DNA from: the human T2T-CHM13v2.0 reference genome, Homo sapiens
Reading direction: 5' to 3' (one strand)
Assembly: GCF_009914755.1 (NCBI RefSeq)
Contig: NC_060931.1
DNA: 64,000 nucleotides
Of this stretch, positions 50,764 to 64,000 are shown one piece after another (position 1 is the stretch's first letter; every line of letters begins with the position of its first letter). The position numbers were made by a program, and so were the translations under genes. A model generated the notes under the pieces. It was not told the origin of the DNA. It saw nothing but the letters and a program-made list of their open reading frames with translations, and searched no databases.

Positions 50764-51522
50764 TCATATATCCATTTAGTTTATGATGTAGCAAAATAAT
50801 TAAAAATATAAGTGGAGATAAGAACCTAAGAACCATGCCTAGGAAAGGGAAGAATACTATTATAATTAAAATAGTCAATTCACTTAAACTTTATTTTTTC
50901 TGATAATGGTCAGCTAGGCATATTCAGCGGCTTTTTATAAGTAACTTTTATGTATTCTTTTGTTAACATTTTAATGTCAAAAATTAAAAATAAAGATAAG
51001 CAAAAGAAAGTAAACATTACATTTTAGAATATTTATTTTAAACGCATTCCTATATTTATCCACATACACACCATGTTAATGAATCACATAATCATCGCAT
51101 TATTTTGCAACCTACTTTTTAATTTTAAATTACAGTATATTATAAACCTCTTTATATGTAAATAAATGGTGGCAAAGTATTCCATTCTATTAAGCCACCC
51201 CCAGTGTTAAACTTACATTTTGTTTCCAAATTTTTTCCTATTGTAAACAACAATGAAAACTTTATAACTGTCTATTTGTGTGTTTTCTTATTTCTTTATA
51301 ACAAATTCCTAGAAAAGGAATTGCTGGCCCAAAAGGTATGAACATTTTTAAATGCAACAAAAATTTGTAACATTTGAAGACTGCTTATTTTAATTTCATT
51401 GAACTAAACTACTGTCTACAAGTTATTTACTAGCATTTTCCACTTTGAAAAAAGATGAAAAATATGAAATGTAAATGGGCGAGTTATTTTCATGCTACTA
51501 TGATCTTTATCATCTTCTCTAG

Positions 51523-51594
51523 ATACAAGGCCAAATGAACCAGATGATTATATGGTTGATTATTTCAGAAGACAATTACCTAATCAAGGTTTGG
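51523..51594 (+). CDS. AGBL3: AGBL3 coding exon (72 nt); last coding exon recognised in the window
   Basis: catcttctctAG acceptor, G|GTgagt donor. (D)TRPNEPDDYMVDYFRRQLPNQGL, phase 1-1. Confidence 0.85.
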
Positions 51595-54009
51595 GTGAGT
51601 AAAATAGGAACACAGACAGTAATGAGTGGTCCCCTATGATCTGAATGTTATTTTTCTCTCTAGCTCTAGAAATACACAGGGGAAACAGTAGAAATTTACT
51701 GTATGTCAATTTGCTTTTAATTTTACCCAGTCAAAACCAAAACAAAAGAATATTCATCTCATTGTCTAATCTTTTCATTCCCATCTCACCAAATCTTAGA
51801 GCAGAGAGAAACCTTGAGAATGCTCTAGTTTCACCTTCTGCCCATGACAGGCCCCAGGCTCATCCAACCTCTGGTTGACTACACTTGGTGACAAGTACTT
51901 TACTAAATTGCAATATAATTCATTCCATTGCTAAAGAGCTGTAGCATTGAAAAAGTTTACTTTCAATAAACTTTAACAGTAAAAAGTTTAAAATATGTGT
52001 CCTTGTAAATTTCATCCACTTCTTTTAATCTGTCCTCTCTAATAACACAAAATAGTGAAGAAACCTTAAAGGTAAATAATTCCAACTGACTCATTTTCCC
52101 CAATTCTCCTTGAAATAATGCAATTGTAATACCTTCTCTATTTTTTAAAAAGCTGTCATTTATTTCCCTGAAATTTTCCGTTTCTTTCAACCATCCATAA
52201 AACACCGTGATTCAAGTCCCTTTACCATTTTATTTTACTCTTTTTTATTGCTATTCAAGCTTAAATGAAACTGAACACAGTATTGCAGATGTTGTCTAAT
52301 GAGTGCAAAATATATCTTTATTTTTATTTGCTCCTTTATAGATACTAGTTTTCCATTAATGCAGTTTAAGATTATATTTCTTCTTTTGAAAATTATTCTA
52401 AAATCTTGACATATTGGATTTCACATATTCAAACCTTTAACGTTTTATTTTCATAGTGCTACCACTAAGTTGTATCTCCTCCATTCTCTACTTCTTCACT
52501 TATTATTTGGTTCATTGTGCTTGACCTTAAATTTATTCCTGTTAAATTTAAATTTAACCTTCTTAGGTTCGGCCTTTCATGAACTATTATGTCATATTGT
52601 TATACTATATATATATGCATGTTTGAATACATATATGTATGTGTATATATACATATACATAGATACATGTATTTGACCTCTTGTCAAAGCTTCAGACCCT
52701 GTAGGTAACTATCTGCTATACATCTCCACACAGATGTCCCACATATCCAAATTCAAATTCATCTAATTCCACACTAAATGCTCTTCCTCACATATTCTCA
52801 ATAACATTGATGGCAGTACTATCTCCATAACCACTCCAGCTACAAATCTGATTGGTATCCTTTTTTCTCACTTTCACTTCTGTCCCTCATATCCAGTCAG
52901 CCACTGAATATGTATGATTTTACCTCAGAATCTCTTTTTCTCTATCTTAACTACCATCATTACCATCATTCTTTTCAGATTCTTATCATCATCCACTTAC
53001 CAGGAGTTCTGTAGTTTTCTAGTCAGTCTCCCTGCCACCAATATTGTCATTCTAATTACACCCTTCATACTACCATCAAAGTGATTTACCAGAAACACAA
53101 ATCTGACTATACAACCTCACCACCTAAAAAAGCCTTTTAGTGATTCCCAGTCATCTAACAGGGGTTGGACTGACACTGCCCTAAGACTGGCACTGCCTTT
53201 TCTTTAGGCTTTCTCTTTCTCATTTTAATTTCTTTTTACATTTAATTTTAAAATAATTTCAAGAATAGTAAAAAAAACTTTCTCTCTCTCTCTATTAATC
53301 AATCTATCTTTTTTCCCATTATCCATTCTCTAAGAAAAAGAACATTCTCTTACATTAAAATCAGGAAATTCAACTTGATACAACACTATTTTGTATCGTA
53401 TATAATTCAGTTTTGCCAAATATCCCAATAGTGTTCTTTAGAGCAAACTTACTATCTAATTCAAGGTGTAATACTGGATCATGAATTGCATTGAATTATC
53501 ATATTTCTTTATTCTCTTAATTTGGAACATTGGCTCAGCCTTTCTTTGTCATTCACAACACTGTCATTTTTAAAGATTACTGGCAAGTTGTCTTATAGAA
53601 TATCTGGTTTTAAAATTTTAGTGAACAAAAGAATTACCAAAAGAGTTTATGTAAATCTCAGCTTCTGACCGAGTAGGTCTTTGATGTCACCCCATAATTT
53701 GTATTGTTTATATGGGATTTCAGATAATTCTGGCATTGATGACTTGCAGACCACACTTTGCAAGTTACCACTATGGGGGCCACAGTGAAAATCGGTTGGA
53801 GGCCAAGCAGTTGGGGCCCAGCCCATCCAACCTTTTTCATCTTGAATAGCTTTCTTATGTAATTTTCTTTCAATAATGGTCTATTACTCAAAATTTTTTC
53901 CTTTATTATTTTTAATTGACATAATAATTGTACCAAACCTGTTTCATCCTGAATAGTTTTCTTATGCAATGTTTCTTTCAATAATGGTCTATAACTCGAA
54001 ATTTTTTCC

Positions 54010-57000
54010 TTTTATTATTATTTTTAGTTGATGTAATAATTGTACATATGGGGTACAGTGTGATATTTTGATACATGTATACAATGTATAATGATCAAAT
54101 TGAGGTAATTAGCATCACCTCAAACAGTTATCATTTCTTTGTGTTTGGTACATTCAAAATCTGCTCTCCTAGCTATTTGAAAATACACAATAAATTGTTA
54201 ATTATACTCACCCTATAGTTCTATGGAACACTAGTCCCTATTCCTCCTATGTAGCTGTAATTAGTATCTGTTAAGCAACCTTTGACTATCCTTTCCACCC
54301 CTCTATCCTTCTCTGCTTCTATTAACCACTATTCTATACTCTCTACTTCTATGAGATCAACATTTTAAGCTTCTACATATGAATGAGAACATGCAGTATT
54401 TATCTTCCTGTGGCTGGCTTATTTCACTTAACATAATGTCCTCCAAGCTCATCAATGTTGCCACAGATGACAGAATTTTGTTCTTTTTTATGGTTAAATA
54501 CTATTCCATTGTGTATATATACCATATTTTCTTTATCATTTCATCTGTTGATGGACACTTAGGTTGATTCCATATCTTGGTTGTTGTGAATAGTGCTGCA
54601 ATGACCATGAGAGTGCAGATATCTCTTTGACATACTGATTTCCTTCCTTTTGGATATATACCCAGTAGTGGGATTGCTGTATCATATGGTAGTTCTGTTT
54701 TTAGTTTTCTGGGTAACCTCCATATTATTCTCCATAATGACTGCACAAATTTGCATTCCCACCAAAAGTGTGCAGGGATTCCCTTTTCTCTACATCCTCT
54801 CCAATACTTGTTATCTTTTATCTTTTTGATAATAGCTATTCTAACAGATATGAGACCATATCTCCTTGTGGTTTTAATTTGCATATCTCTGATGATTAGT
54901 GCTGTTGAGCATTGTTCCATATACCTGTTGGCCATTTGTATGTCTTCTTTTTCAGAGATATCTATTCAGCTCATTTGCCCATTTTTAAAGTAGGTTATTT
55001 TTGTTTGTTTATTTTTGCTATTGAGGTAATTCCCTTATATATTCTGGATATTAATCCCTTGTCAGATAGTTTGCAAATGTTTTCTCCCATTCTGCAGGTT
55101 ATCTCTTGATTATCTGTTGATTGGTTCCTTTGCTGTGCAAAAGATTTTCAGTTTGATAGAATTCCATTTGCCTATATTTGCTTTAGTTGCCTGGGCTTTT
55201 GAGGTCTTCTCCATAAAATCTTTCATCAGACCAATGTCCTGAAGCATTTCCTTTGTGTTTTCTTCTGGTAGTTTCATAGTTTGGGGTCTTACATTTAAGT
55301 TCTTAGTCCATTTTGAATTGACCTTTTTTATGGTGAGAGATAGGAGTCCAGTTTCATTTTTCTGTGTATTGATATCTAGCTCTCCTGGCACAGTTTATTG
55401 AAGAGATTATCATTCCCCTATGAATGTTCTTGGCACCTTTGTCAAATATCAGTTGTCTGTAAATAAGTAGATTTATTTTGGGGTTCTCTGTTCTGTCTCA
55501 TTGGTCTACATATCTGTTTTTATGTTTTTAACCATTCTGGTTTGATTACTATTGCCTTCATTTTGAAGTCTGGTAGTGTGATGCCTCCAGCTTTATTCCT
55601 TTTGCTCAGGATTTGCTTTTGCTATTTGGGGTCTTCCATGGTTCTGCACAAATTTTAGGATTGTTTTTTCCATTTCTGTGAAGAATGTTATTGGTATTTT
55701 GATAGGGAGTGCATTGAATGAACAGATAACTTTGGATAGTATGGACATTTTCACAATATTAAGTCTTCCAATCCATGAACATGAGATGTCTATCTGTATC
55801 CTCCTCAATTTTTTTCATCAGTGTTGTATAGTTTTCCTTGTAGAGATATTTCACCTCTTTGGCTAAATTTATTCCTACATATTATTTTTTGTAGCTATTG
55901 TAAATGGGATTGTTTTTCTTGATTTCTTGTTTTGATGGTTTATTCTTGGGGTATAGAAATACCACTGATCTTTGTATGCTGGTTTTGTATCCAACTTTAC
56001 TAAATTTATCAGTTCTAGGAGTATTTGATAGAGCCTTTAGGGTTTTCTGTATATAAGATCATGTCATCTGCAAACAGGGACAATTTGACTTCCTTCTTTC
56101 CAATTTGGATGCCCTTTATTTCTTTCTCTTGCCTGTTTGCTTTGGCCAGAACTTTCATTACTATGTTGAACAAAAGTAAGCATCATTATCTTGTCCCACA
56201 TCTTAGGGGAAAAGCTTTCAACTTTTCCTCATTCAGCATGATATTGGGTGCGGGTTTGTCTTGTATGGCCTTTACTGTGTTGAGGTACATTCCTTCCATA
56301 CCTTATTTGGTGAGAGTTTTTGTCACAAAAAGATGTTGAATTTTATCAAATGCTTTTTCTGCATATATTGAGATGATCATAGGGTTTTTGTCCTCCATCC
56401 TGTTGATGTGATGTATCACATTTATTAATGTATCACATTTATTAATATGTGTATATTGATTCATCCTTGCATCCCTCGGATGAATCCCACTTGATCATGG
56501 TGAATAATTTTTTTCAATGTGCTGCTGGGTTTAGGAGATTTGGTTTGTTAGTATTTTTTTGAGGACTTTTACGTCTTTATTTATCAAGAACATAGGCCAA
56601 TAGGTTTCTTTTGTTGTTGTTGTTGCGTCCTTGTCTGGTTGATACCAGGGTAATATTGGTCACACAGAATAAGTTTGGAAGAATTTCCTCATCTTCAATT
56701 TTCTAAAAGAGTTTGAGAAGAACTGGTATTTGTTCTTCTTTAAATGTTTGGTAGAATTCTACAGTGATGTAATCAAGTCCTGGGGTTTTCTTCAATGGAA
56801 GACTTTTTATTACAGATTCAATCATTACTCATAATTGGTCTGTTTGGGTTTTCTATTTCTTCTTTGCTTAATCTTAGTAGATTGTATGTGTCTAGAAATT
56901 TATTCATTTCTGCTAAGTTTTCTAATTTGTTGGAGTACAGTTGTTTGTAATGGTCTCCAATGATCCTTGTATTTCCGTGTTATCAGTTGTAACGTCTTTT

Positions 57001-60000
57001 TCATTCTGATTTTATTTGGGTCTTTTCTTTTTTTCTCTTGGTTATTCTAGCTAATGTTTTGTTGATTTTATCTTTCAAAAAAAACCAACTTTTCATTTCA
57101 TTGATCTTTTATAATTTTTAATCTCAATTTCATATACTCTGTTCTGATCTTTATTATTTCTTTCCTTCTACTAATTTTTGGTTTGGTTTGTTCCTGCTTT
57201 TCTAGTTCCTTGTGTTACATAATTAGGTTGTTTATTTGAAATCTTTCTACTTTTTGGATATAGGCATTTATTGCTATAAACTTTCCTCTTAGTGCTGCTG
57301 TTGCTATATCCTATAGGTTTTGGTATGTTGTGTTTCTATTTACATTGGTTTCAATACATTTTTTAATTTCCTTTTTACTGTCTTCAGTAGTTATTCAGAA
57401 GTATGTTGTCTAATTTCCATGTAACTATACAATTTTGAAAGTTCTTCTTGTTATTGACTTCTAGTTTCATTCCTTTGTGGTCAGAAAAGATACTTGATAT
57501 TATTTCAGTTATTTTAAATTTCTTGAAAATTATTTCGTTCCCTAACGTAAGTCTTAGAGGATATTCCATGTGCTGATGGAAGGAATGTGTATTCTGCACC
57601 TGTTGGATGAAATGTTCTTAAATGTTTATTAGGTTCATTTGTTCTAAAGTGCAGTTTAAGTTCAATGTTTCTTTTTTATTTTCTGACTAGATGATCTGTC
57701 CAGTGATGACAGTGATGTGTTAAAGTCCTCTTTGATATTATTATATCAAATTCTATCTCTCCCTTTAGATCTAATAATATTTGCTTTATGTTTCTGGGTG
57801 CTCCAGTGTGGGGTGCATATGTATTCACAATCATTATATCTTCTTATTGAGTTGATCCTTTATCCTTATAACCTTCTTTGTCTCTTGTTTACAGTTTTTG
57901 ACTTAAAGTCTGTTTTATCTGATATAAGTATAGATACTTCTGCTCACTTTTGGTTTCTGTTTGTGTGGAATATTTTTTCCATCCCTTCAGTTCAGCCTAA
58001 ATGTGTCTTTATGGTGAAATAAGTTTCCCGTAGGCAGCATATAGTTGGTTTTTAAAATCCATTCAGTCTATATCTTTTAAGTGGGGAATTTAATTCACTT
58101 ACATTTAAGGTTTTTATTAATAGGTGAGGACATACTCCTATATTTTGTTGTTTTCTGGTTGTTTTGTACATCCATTGATCCTTTCCTTCTCTCTTATTGT
58201 TTATCATTGTCATTTAATGGTTTTCTATACTGATAAGGTTTAATTCTTTTCTCTCTTTTGTGTATCTGTTCTGCCAGTGAGTTTTATACTTTTATATGTT
58301 TTAATGATAGTGATTATTATCTTTTTCCTTCCAAATGTAGTATTCCCTAGATTATTTCTTGTAAGACCAGTCTAGTGGTGATAAATTACTTCAGTTTTTG
58401 CTTGTCTATGACAGACTTTATTTATCTGAAGGATAGCTTTGCTGGGTCTCATATTCTTGACTGGCAATTTTTTTTCATTCTGCACTTTGAATTTATCATC
58501 CCATTCTCTTCTAGCCTGTAAAGTTTCTGCAAAGAAATCTGCTGTTAGTCTAATGATGATTCCCTTGTGTGTGACTTGATGCTTTTCTCTTGCTGTTTGT
58601 AGAATTCTTTGTTCTTGACTTTTGACAATATGACTGTAATGTGCCTTGGTGAGGACCTTTTTCCAGTTAAGTCTATTTGGGAAACTTTGAGTTTCCTGGA
58701 TCTGGATCTCATATGTCTCCCCGGACTTGGGAAGTTTTCAGCTATTATTTCAAGAAATTGGTTTTCTATACCTTTCCCTTCTCTTCTCCTTCTCTAACTC
58801 CCATGATATGAATATTTGTTTGCTTAATGGTGTCCCATATGTCTTGCAGGTTTTCTTCACTGTTTTTCATTCTTTTTTTTTTTCCTCTTACTGAGTATTT
58901 CAGACTACCTGTCTTTAAGTTCAGAGATTCTTTCTTCTGCTTAAATCTGCCATCAAAGCTCTTTATTGTAATTTTTATTTCATTCATTGAATGTTTCAGC
59001 TGTGATATTTCTTTTTTATTATATCTATTTATGTTGAATTTCTTATTCACATTATGAACTGTTTTCCTAATTTCACTGAATTATCTGTCTGTATTTTCTT
59101 GTATCTCATTGAGTTTCCTCAATTTCTCATTGAATTCTTTTTCCAGCAATTTGTTGATTTCCTTTTCATGGGAGTCTGTTATTAGAAAGCTATTATGGCT
59201 CTTTAGTGGTGTCATATTTCCTTGCTTTTTAGTGTTGCTTGTGTCCCTGCATTGATGCCTGTGCATCTGGTGGAATGACTGTCCCTTCCAAACTTTCCAC
59301 AGTGGCTCTTGTAGGGAGACTTTCACCTACAGTTGGGTTTCTGTGTGCCATTTGGGAAGGATGTGCTGACTTGTTTCTGGATAGGTGCAGTGGTATAGTC
59401 TCCATGAAGTTTTGTCTGTATTCAACATAAGCAATAACTGTGGTTGCCTCAGTGGTATAGGCTGCAGAGGTTTGTGGCAGCAGCAGCAAAGGTTGTTCAT
59501 CTCTTCACTGTTAAGGGCTTTTGAGGTCTTCCTATTTTTGTTTTCCCCATAGTGGGAAGACTTAGCTGAAGAGATCCCTCTTGTTGTCAAGACTGACACA
59601 ACCTACAAGCAGCTGCAGTGGTGTGGGGTTCCAGGTGCAGGTGCTTGGAGTGGTTGTGGGACCAGGGTCTTAGACTCAAGGACTCATGAAACTATTGTGG
59701 TACCTGGGTCTTCCAGTGCATGTTCACTCTCTATGGCAGAGTTGGATGTAGGTTCCTCCACAGAGCCAGGATCTGTGAATCTGAGGCATCCCATGGGGCC
59801 AGGTTGTAGCTGTAATTCTACTTCTAAGCTGGACTCAGCACTGGCCTGACTCTGGGGAGGAAGGAGCGCTCTGGAAGTTTGGGCCCAGCAGGCAGGATAT
59901 GGCTGCAATTCAGGAACCTGAGGCAATAAGACTCAGTGATAACCCAGATTCCAGTGGATGAAGCACTGTGTAGTAGTGACTTTAGACCCTGGAATAGTGA

Positions 60001-61400
60001 GGGTCAGTATATCACAGACTCTGTGAGGCCAGGTGCATTGGCAGCAAGTACCCCAGTGTGGTGAACTACAGCTGTCATCTGGGCCCTAGAGGGCCCAGCA
60101 GAGCAATGACTCCATTTTCCAGGGAGGGGGTATCTCAGCAGCTCAGACTCTAAGGGGCTAGTTCAACTCTAGGGAAACAGAATACTCTAGTTGTTTGGCC
60201 TGTAGGGTGGGGCATCTCAGCTCAGCCATTGCTATTTCCTTGGGACACAGGGTACTACGTCAGCTCAGTCCTGGGATGCACAGCTGCTCAGCTCAGCCAG
60301 GGCACCGATCCTCCAAGGGGAAATGTACTGCTACAGCTCAGGGCTGGGGGCTGTGACTATTCTGGGTGGCCCAGGCACCATTTCCCTGGGATACAGGGCA
60401 CGACTCCAGCTTAGGTACTGGGGTACGTGACCACTCTGAGTGACCAAGGCACCATTTCCTGGGATACAGAGTACTGCTTTAAGTTAGGCACTGGGGAGGC
60501 ATGACTACACTGAGCAGCCAAGGTACTGTTTTCCCAGGAGGTAGGGTACCACCTAAGCTCCACCCTAAGGGTGAAAGGGGAGGGAGAGTGTAACAGCTTC
60601 AGTTGAGTTTCAGAGAGCTCAGTTTGAGGATGTTGGACCACCAGCCCTGGGGTGTTTCCATAGCAGCCTAGTCTCAGGGATGAAGGGGAGCTATAGCTAC
60701 TCACCCCTGGTGCAAGACATACTTCTGCTGTAGTTCCAGTTCCAAGATGACAGCTCCTTCTCTGGGGGGAGCACAGCTAGTGGAGTCCAGGCAGCTCCTT
60801 CAGCTGTGAGGAAGGACTGTGCCTGTAAGGAATGCAGGGACCTCAGTGGTGAAGTCAGTAGGTGTCTAATGTGTTGATGGAGGTTACTGGGATCCTCTTG
60901 CTTTCTCTTCCTTGCTGTAGGAAGAAGTTCCTCCTGATTCCCAGCTGACCGTGGTTGGAGGATGGGGTGGTGGAGTCCTGGTGTTTCCTTCCATTTTCCA
61001 TATGGCCTTCCCTAGTTTCTGCACTCACCAGGGTTTCTGTTACTCCTCTCATGCACTCTGGTGCTCTCCCTTAGTTATTTTCATTAAAACATATAGTTGC
61101 CCCTCAGTATATGTGGGGGATTTGTTCCAGGACCCCCATGTATACCAAAATCTACACATACTCAAGTCCCACAGTCAGCCCTGTACCCACATTTTCAAAA
61201 AATTGACGCTTGATGTACATGGGTTTCACATCCTTTGAATACAGTATTTTTTATCATGTTTGGTTGAAAAATATCTGTGTATAAGTGGATCCACACAGTT
61301 CAAACCTGTGTTTTTCACAGGTCAAGTGTAATTGTTTATTCATTGTTCTTTTTGAGGGCTGTGAACTAGGGTCTTCTAGTTAGCCATCTTGCTGACATTA
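54010..61400 (-). mobile_element. Near full-length old L1MA-type element with 5' UTR
   Basis: 3' UTR at ~54010, ORF2-like minus ORFs (54501-57599), ORF1-like 58766-59326, GC-richer 5' UTR 59400-61050, and 5' motif CAAGATGGC on minus at ~61383-61391. Confidence 0.85.
61094..61328. mobile_element. MER2-like Tigger MITE nested in the L1 5' end
   Basis: TA|tagttgcccctcagtat...ttccaggacccc...agttcaaacctgtg...ggtcaagtg|TA. Confidence 0.75.
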
Positions 61401-62589
61401 CTCTGAGAAATAAAAAATTTTTTGACAATTTCTAGCTGCAGCATAGAAACCAAGTTCTCTAACATGACATGAAAGACTTCCAGTGATCCTCTGACCCTGA
61501 CATTTACAAAGATGATCCTGTTGCCTCAGCAAATATCAGTCTTCTCACCTCCTTGCTTCTGCTCATACTGACTTCACTGCCTGAAATATACTTCTCCCTC
61601 TCTTAAACTAGACTAGCTACTCATCATTTAAGGCATAAGCACCAAGGTTTAATAAGATTCAAACAGTTCCTTAAAATAAGAGTGAGATGGATTGAGTCAC
61701 AGTTACGCACAAGTTGGTCTGCTGGCTCAGAGAAGGGAATCTAATCCACCTGGAAATCTGCAAGAATGATTTCTTAAAGAATTTAATCTTTAAATCATGA
61801 TGTAGTCTTAACTGAGAAGTTAGGCATTTAGGGTGGAGAGGAAAATCACTTCCTTGACTTCTTAAAAGACTATTGTCAATGGTTCTGTGACCTTATATGT
61901 AAATGCTTTCCTTACTTGTAATATATCTGGGATGGAGAGAACTCATTCAGAGCCTTATGATTTCTCTCATCTCTTCCAATATTTATTCTCCTTTTCCAGT
62001 TAGAGGAAAACTCTGTTTAATAGAAAGAGAAAAGTAACTTATGAGCTGAGGAACTCTGCTCTTTGTCATCCATAAATATTACAAAATAATTCCAGAAGTA
62101 TAAATCTGAACATTCATTGGTATATTTTTATTCTGAATATAGCTACATAAAATTTTGTTGTCAACATTTTTTTCAAATCTTGGTTTATTTGAGGTTTAAT
62201 CATCCTGAAACTATTCTATGGTTTATCCACTCTCTTATATTCAACCTTTGTTACATAATCTTTCCATTGTTGTTCATGTTCTTTTAAAAATCTGATGTTT
62301 CTCTGCTTCCCAGAAGTCCCAACTTGTAATAGTAAGTGGTTGTGCCAGACACTTGGGTACAATGGTAAATAAAATATAGCAGAGTGGGTGACAAGTAAAT
62401 AGACATAGTAATATGAAACAAATGCTACTTATTGTGTTATGGGGTTACATCGGAGTTGTTTGTGGGTAGGAGCAAATCAGAAAAGGTTTCTCAGAAAAGG
62501 TAATTGTTAAGATTTCAGGGGCCAAATAAATTGAACTTTTTTTTTAACCAACTTCTATATCTATTAAGAATTAGAATGAAAAAGTAAGA

Positions 62590-64000
62590 GAAAATACTAG
62601 CAAACCAAAAGGGATTATACACAATGACCAAATAGGATTTATCCCAGAAATGCAAGGTTAGTTTAGCATATGAAATTATGAAAATTAAACAATATAATAT
62701 ACCATGTTAATAGAATATAAAGAAAAAGGCACATGGTCATCTCAATAGATGCAGAAAAAGTATCTGGCAAAATCCAACATTCTTTCATGATTAAAAAAGA
62801 GACACTCAACAAATTAGGAAAGATAGAATCTTCCTCTACTAAAAAAAAAAAAGCCATCTTCAAAAATCCTGCAGCTAATGTCATAGTTGGTAGTGCAAGA
62901 CTAAATGCTTTTCTCCCTGAGACCTGGAACAAGACAGGGATATTCACTCTCAACACTTCTATTCAACATTATAATGAAGGCTTCAGCCGGGCAATAAGGC
63001 AAGAAAAAAAAAAAGGCATCCAAATTAGAAAGAAAAAAGCGAAGCCATTTCTATTTGTAGGATATATGTTCTTGTATATAGAAAATCCGAAGGAACACAC
63101 ACACACACATACACACGCCACACTATTAGCACTAATAAATGAGTTCAACAAGGTTGCAGGATAAAAGATCAATAGGCAAAAATCAGTTGTAATGAATGAA
63201 CTGTATGGTATGTGAATTACATCTCAAAAACCTGTTATAAAAATCAATTGTATCTCTATACACTAGCAATGAACATTTAAAAAATGAAATTAAGAAAACA
63301 ATTCCATTTACATTAGCATCAAAAAGAACAAAATACTTAGGAATAAATTTTACAAAAGAAGTACAAGACTTATAAACTGAAAACTACAAAAAACACAGTT
63401 GAACTGTATTAAAGAAGCTTTAAATAAATGGCAAGATAACTCTGGTCATGGATCAGAAGATTTAATATTGCTAGATGGCAATACTCCTCAAATTGATAGA
63501 TTCAGTGCAATCCCTATCAAAATGTCAGCTACCTTTTGTGCAGAAACTAACAAACCAAATCTGAAATTTATATGGAAATACAAGGGACCCAGAATAACCA
63601 AAGCAATTTTGATAAAGAACAATGTTTAAGGATTCCTGATTTCAAAACTGACTACCAAGCTATAGTAATTGAGACTGTGTGGTACTGGCCTAAGGGTAAA
63701 CATATAGATAAATGAAATAGGATTGAAAATATGTAAATAAACCTTTATATATATTTCAATTGATTTTTCAACAAAGATGCCAGGACAATTGGATGGGGAA
63801 AAAAAATAGTCTTTTCAGCAAATGGTACTGGGACAACTGGATATCCACATGCAAAAGAATGAAGTTGGCCGTGTTCCTTATACCATACACTAAAAATAAT
63901 AAAAAATGGATCACAGAAACAAATGTAGGAGTTAAAACTACTCTTAGAAGAAAATATAGACTTACTATTTAAACAGATAATAAGGGGCCTTCTCGTTTTA
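62590..64000 (+). mobile_element. Old L1M ORF2 fragment running off the window
   Basis: ORF 62733-63164 (ISIDAEK...) and 63760-63972 are degraded L1 ORF2 peptides. Confidence 0.85.

Noticed and set aside
56411-56446. 17-bp tandem duplication atgtatcacatttatta
   Set aside because: Ordinary slippage event within an L1; no wider significance evident.
60220-60570. Repeat array as CRISPR-like or a new repeat system
   Set aside because: Units are degenerate along their whole length with no unique spacers, there are no cas genes, and the context is a eukaryotic L1 5' UTR.
51595-64000. Further AGBL3 exons or a second gene
   Set aside because: The region is almost entirely repeats; I found no exon continuing the frame that I could support.

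Overview
This is primate (human-like) genomic DNA, AT-rich and dominated by repeats. It holds the middle of one + strand gene, AGBL3 (cytosolic carboxypeptidase 3/CCP3, M14D zinc carboxypeptidase). Ten internal coding exons (2630-51594) join through canonical GT-AG sites into one open 1692-nt frame. That frame covers the FESGNL N-domain, the whole catalytic domain (HPGE, NPDG, DLNRN, DLHGH, TMEA motifs) and the start of the C-terminal tail; start and stop codons lie outside the window. The introns are filled with Alus, old L1M fragments, a full-length but inactivated L1PA4/5-like element, a near full-length old L1MA, solo LTRs and DNA-transposon MITEs. Almost all other ORFs in the track are repeat-derived. 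I found no evidence for a new biological system. The best leads are: a candidate 47-nt poison/alternative exon right after the catalytic domain; an unexplained diverged ~250-bp direct repeat flanking the zinc-ligand exon; inverted Alus around the catalytic exons; an ancient twin-primed L1 with a perfect 15-bp TSD; and several templated-insertion repair scars. Repeat subfamily names come from remembered consensus features and need RepeatMasker/Dfam confirmation.
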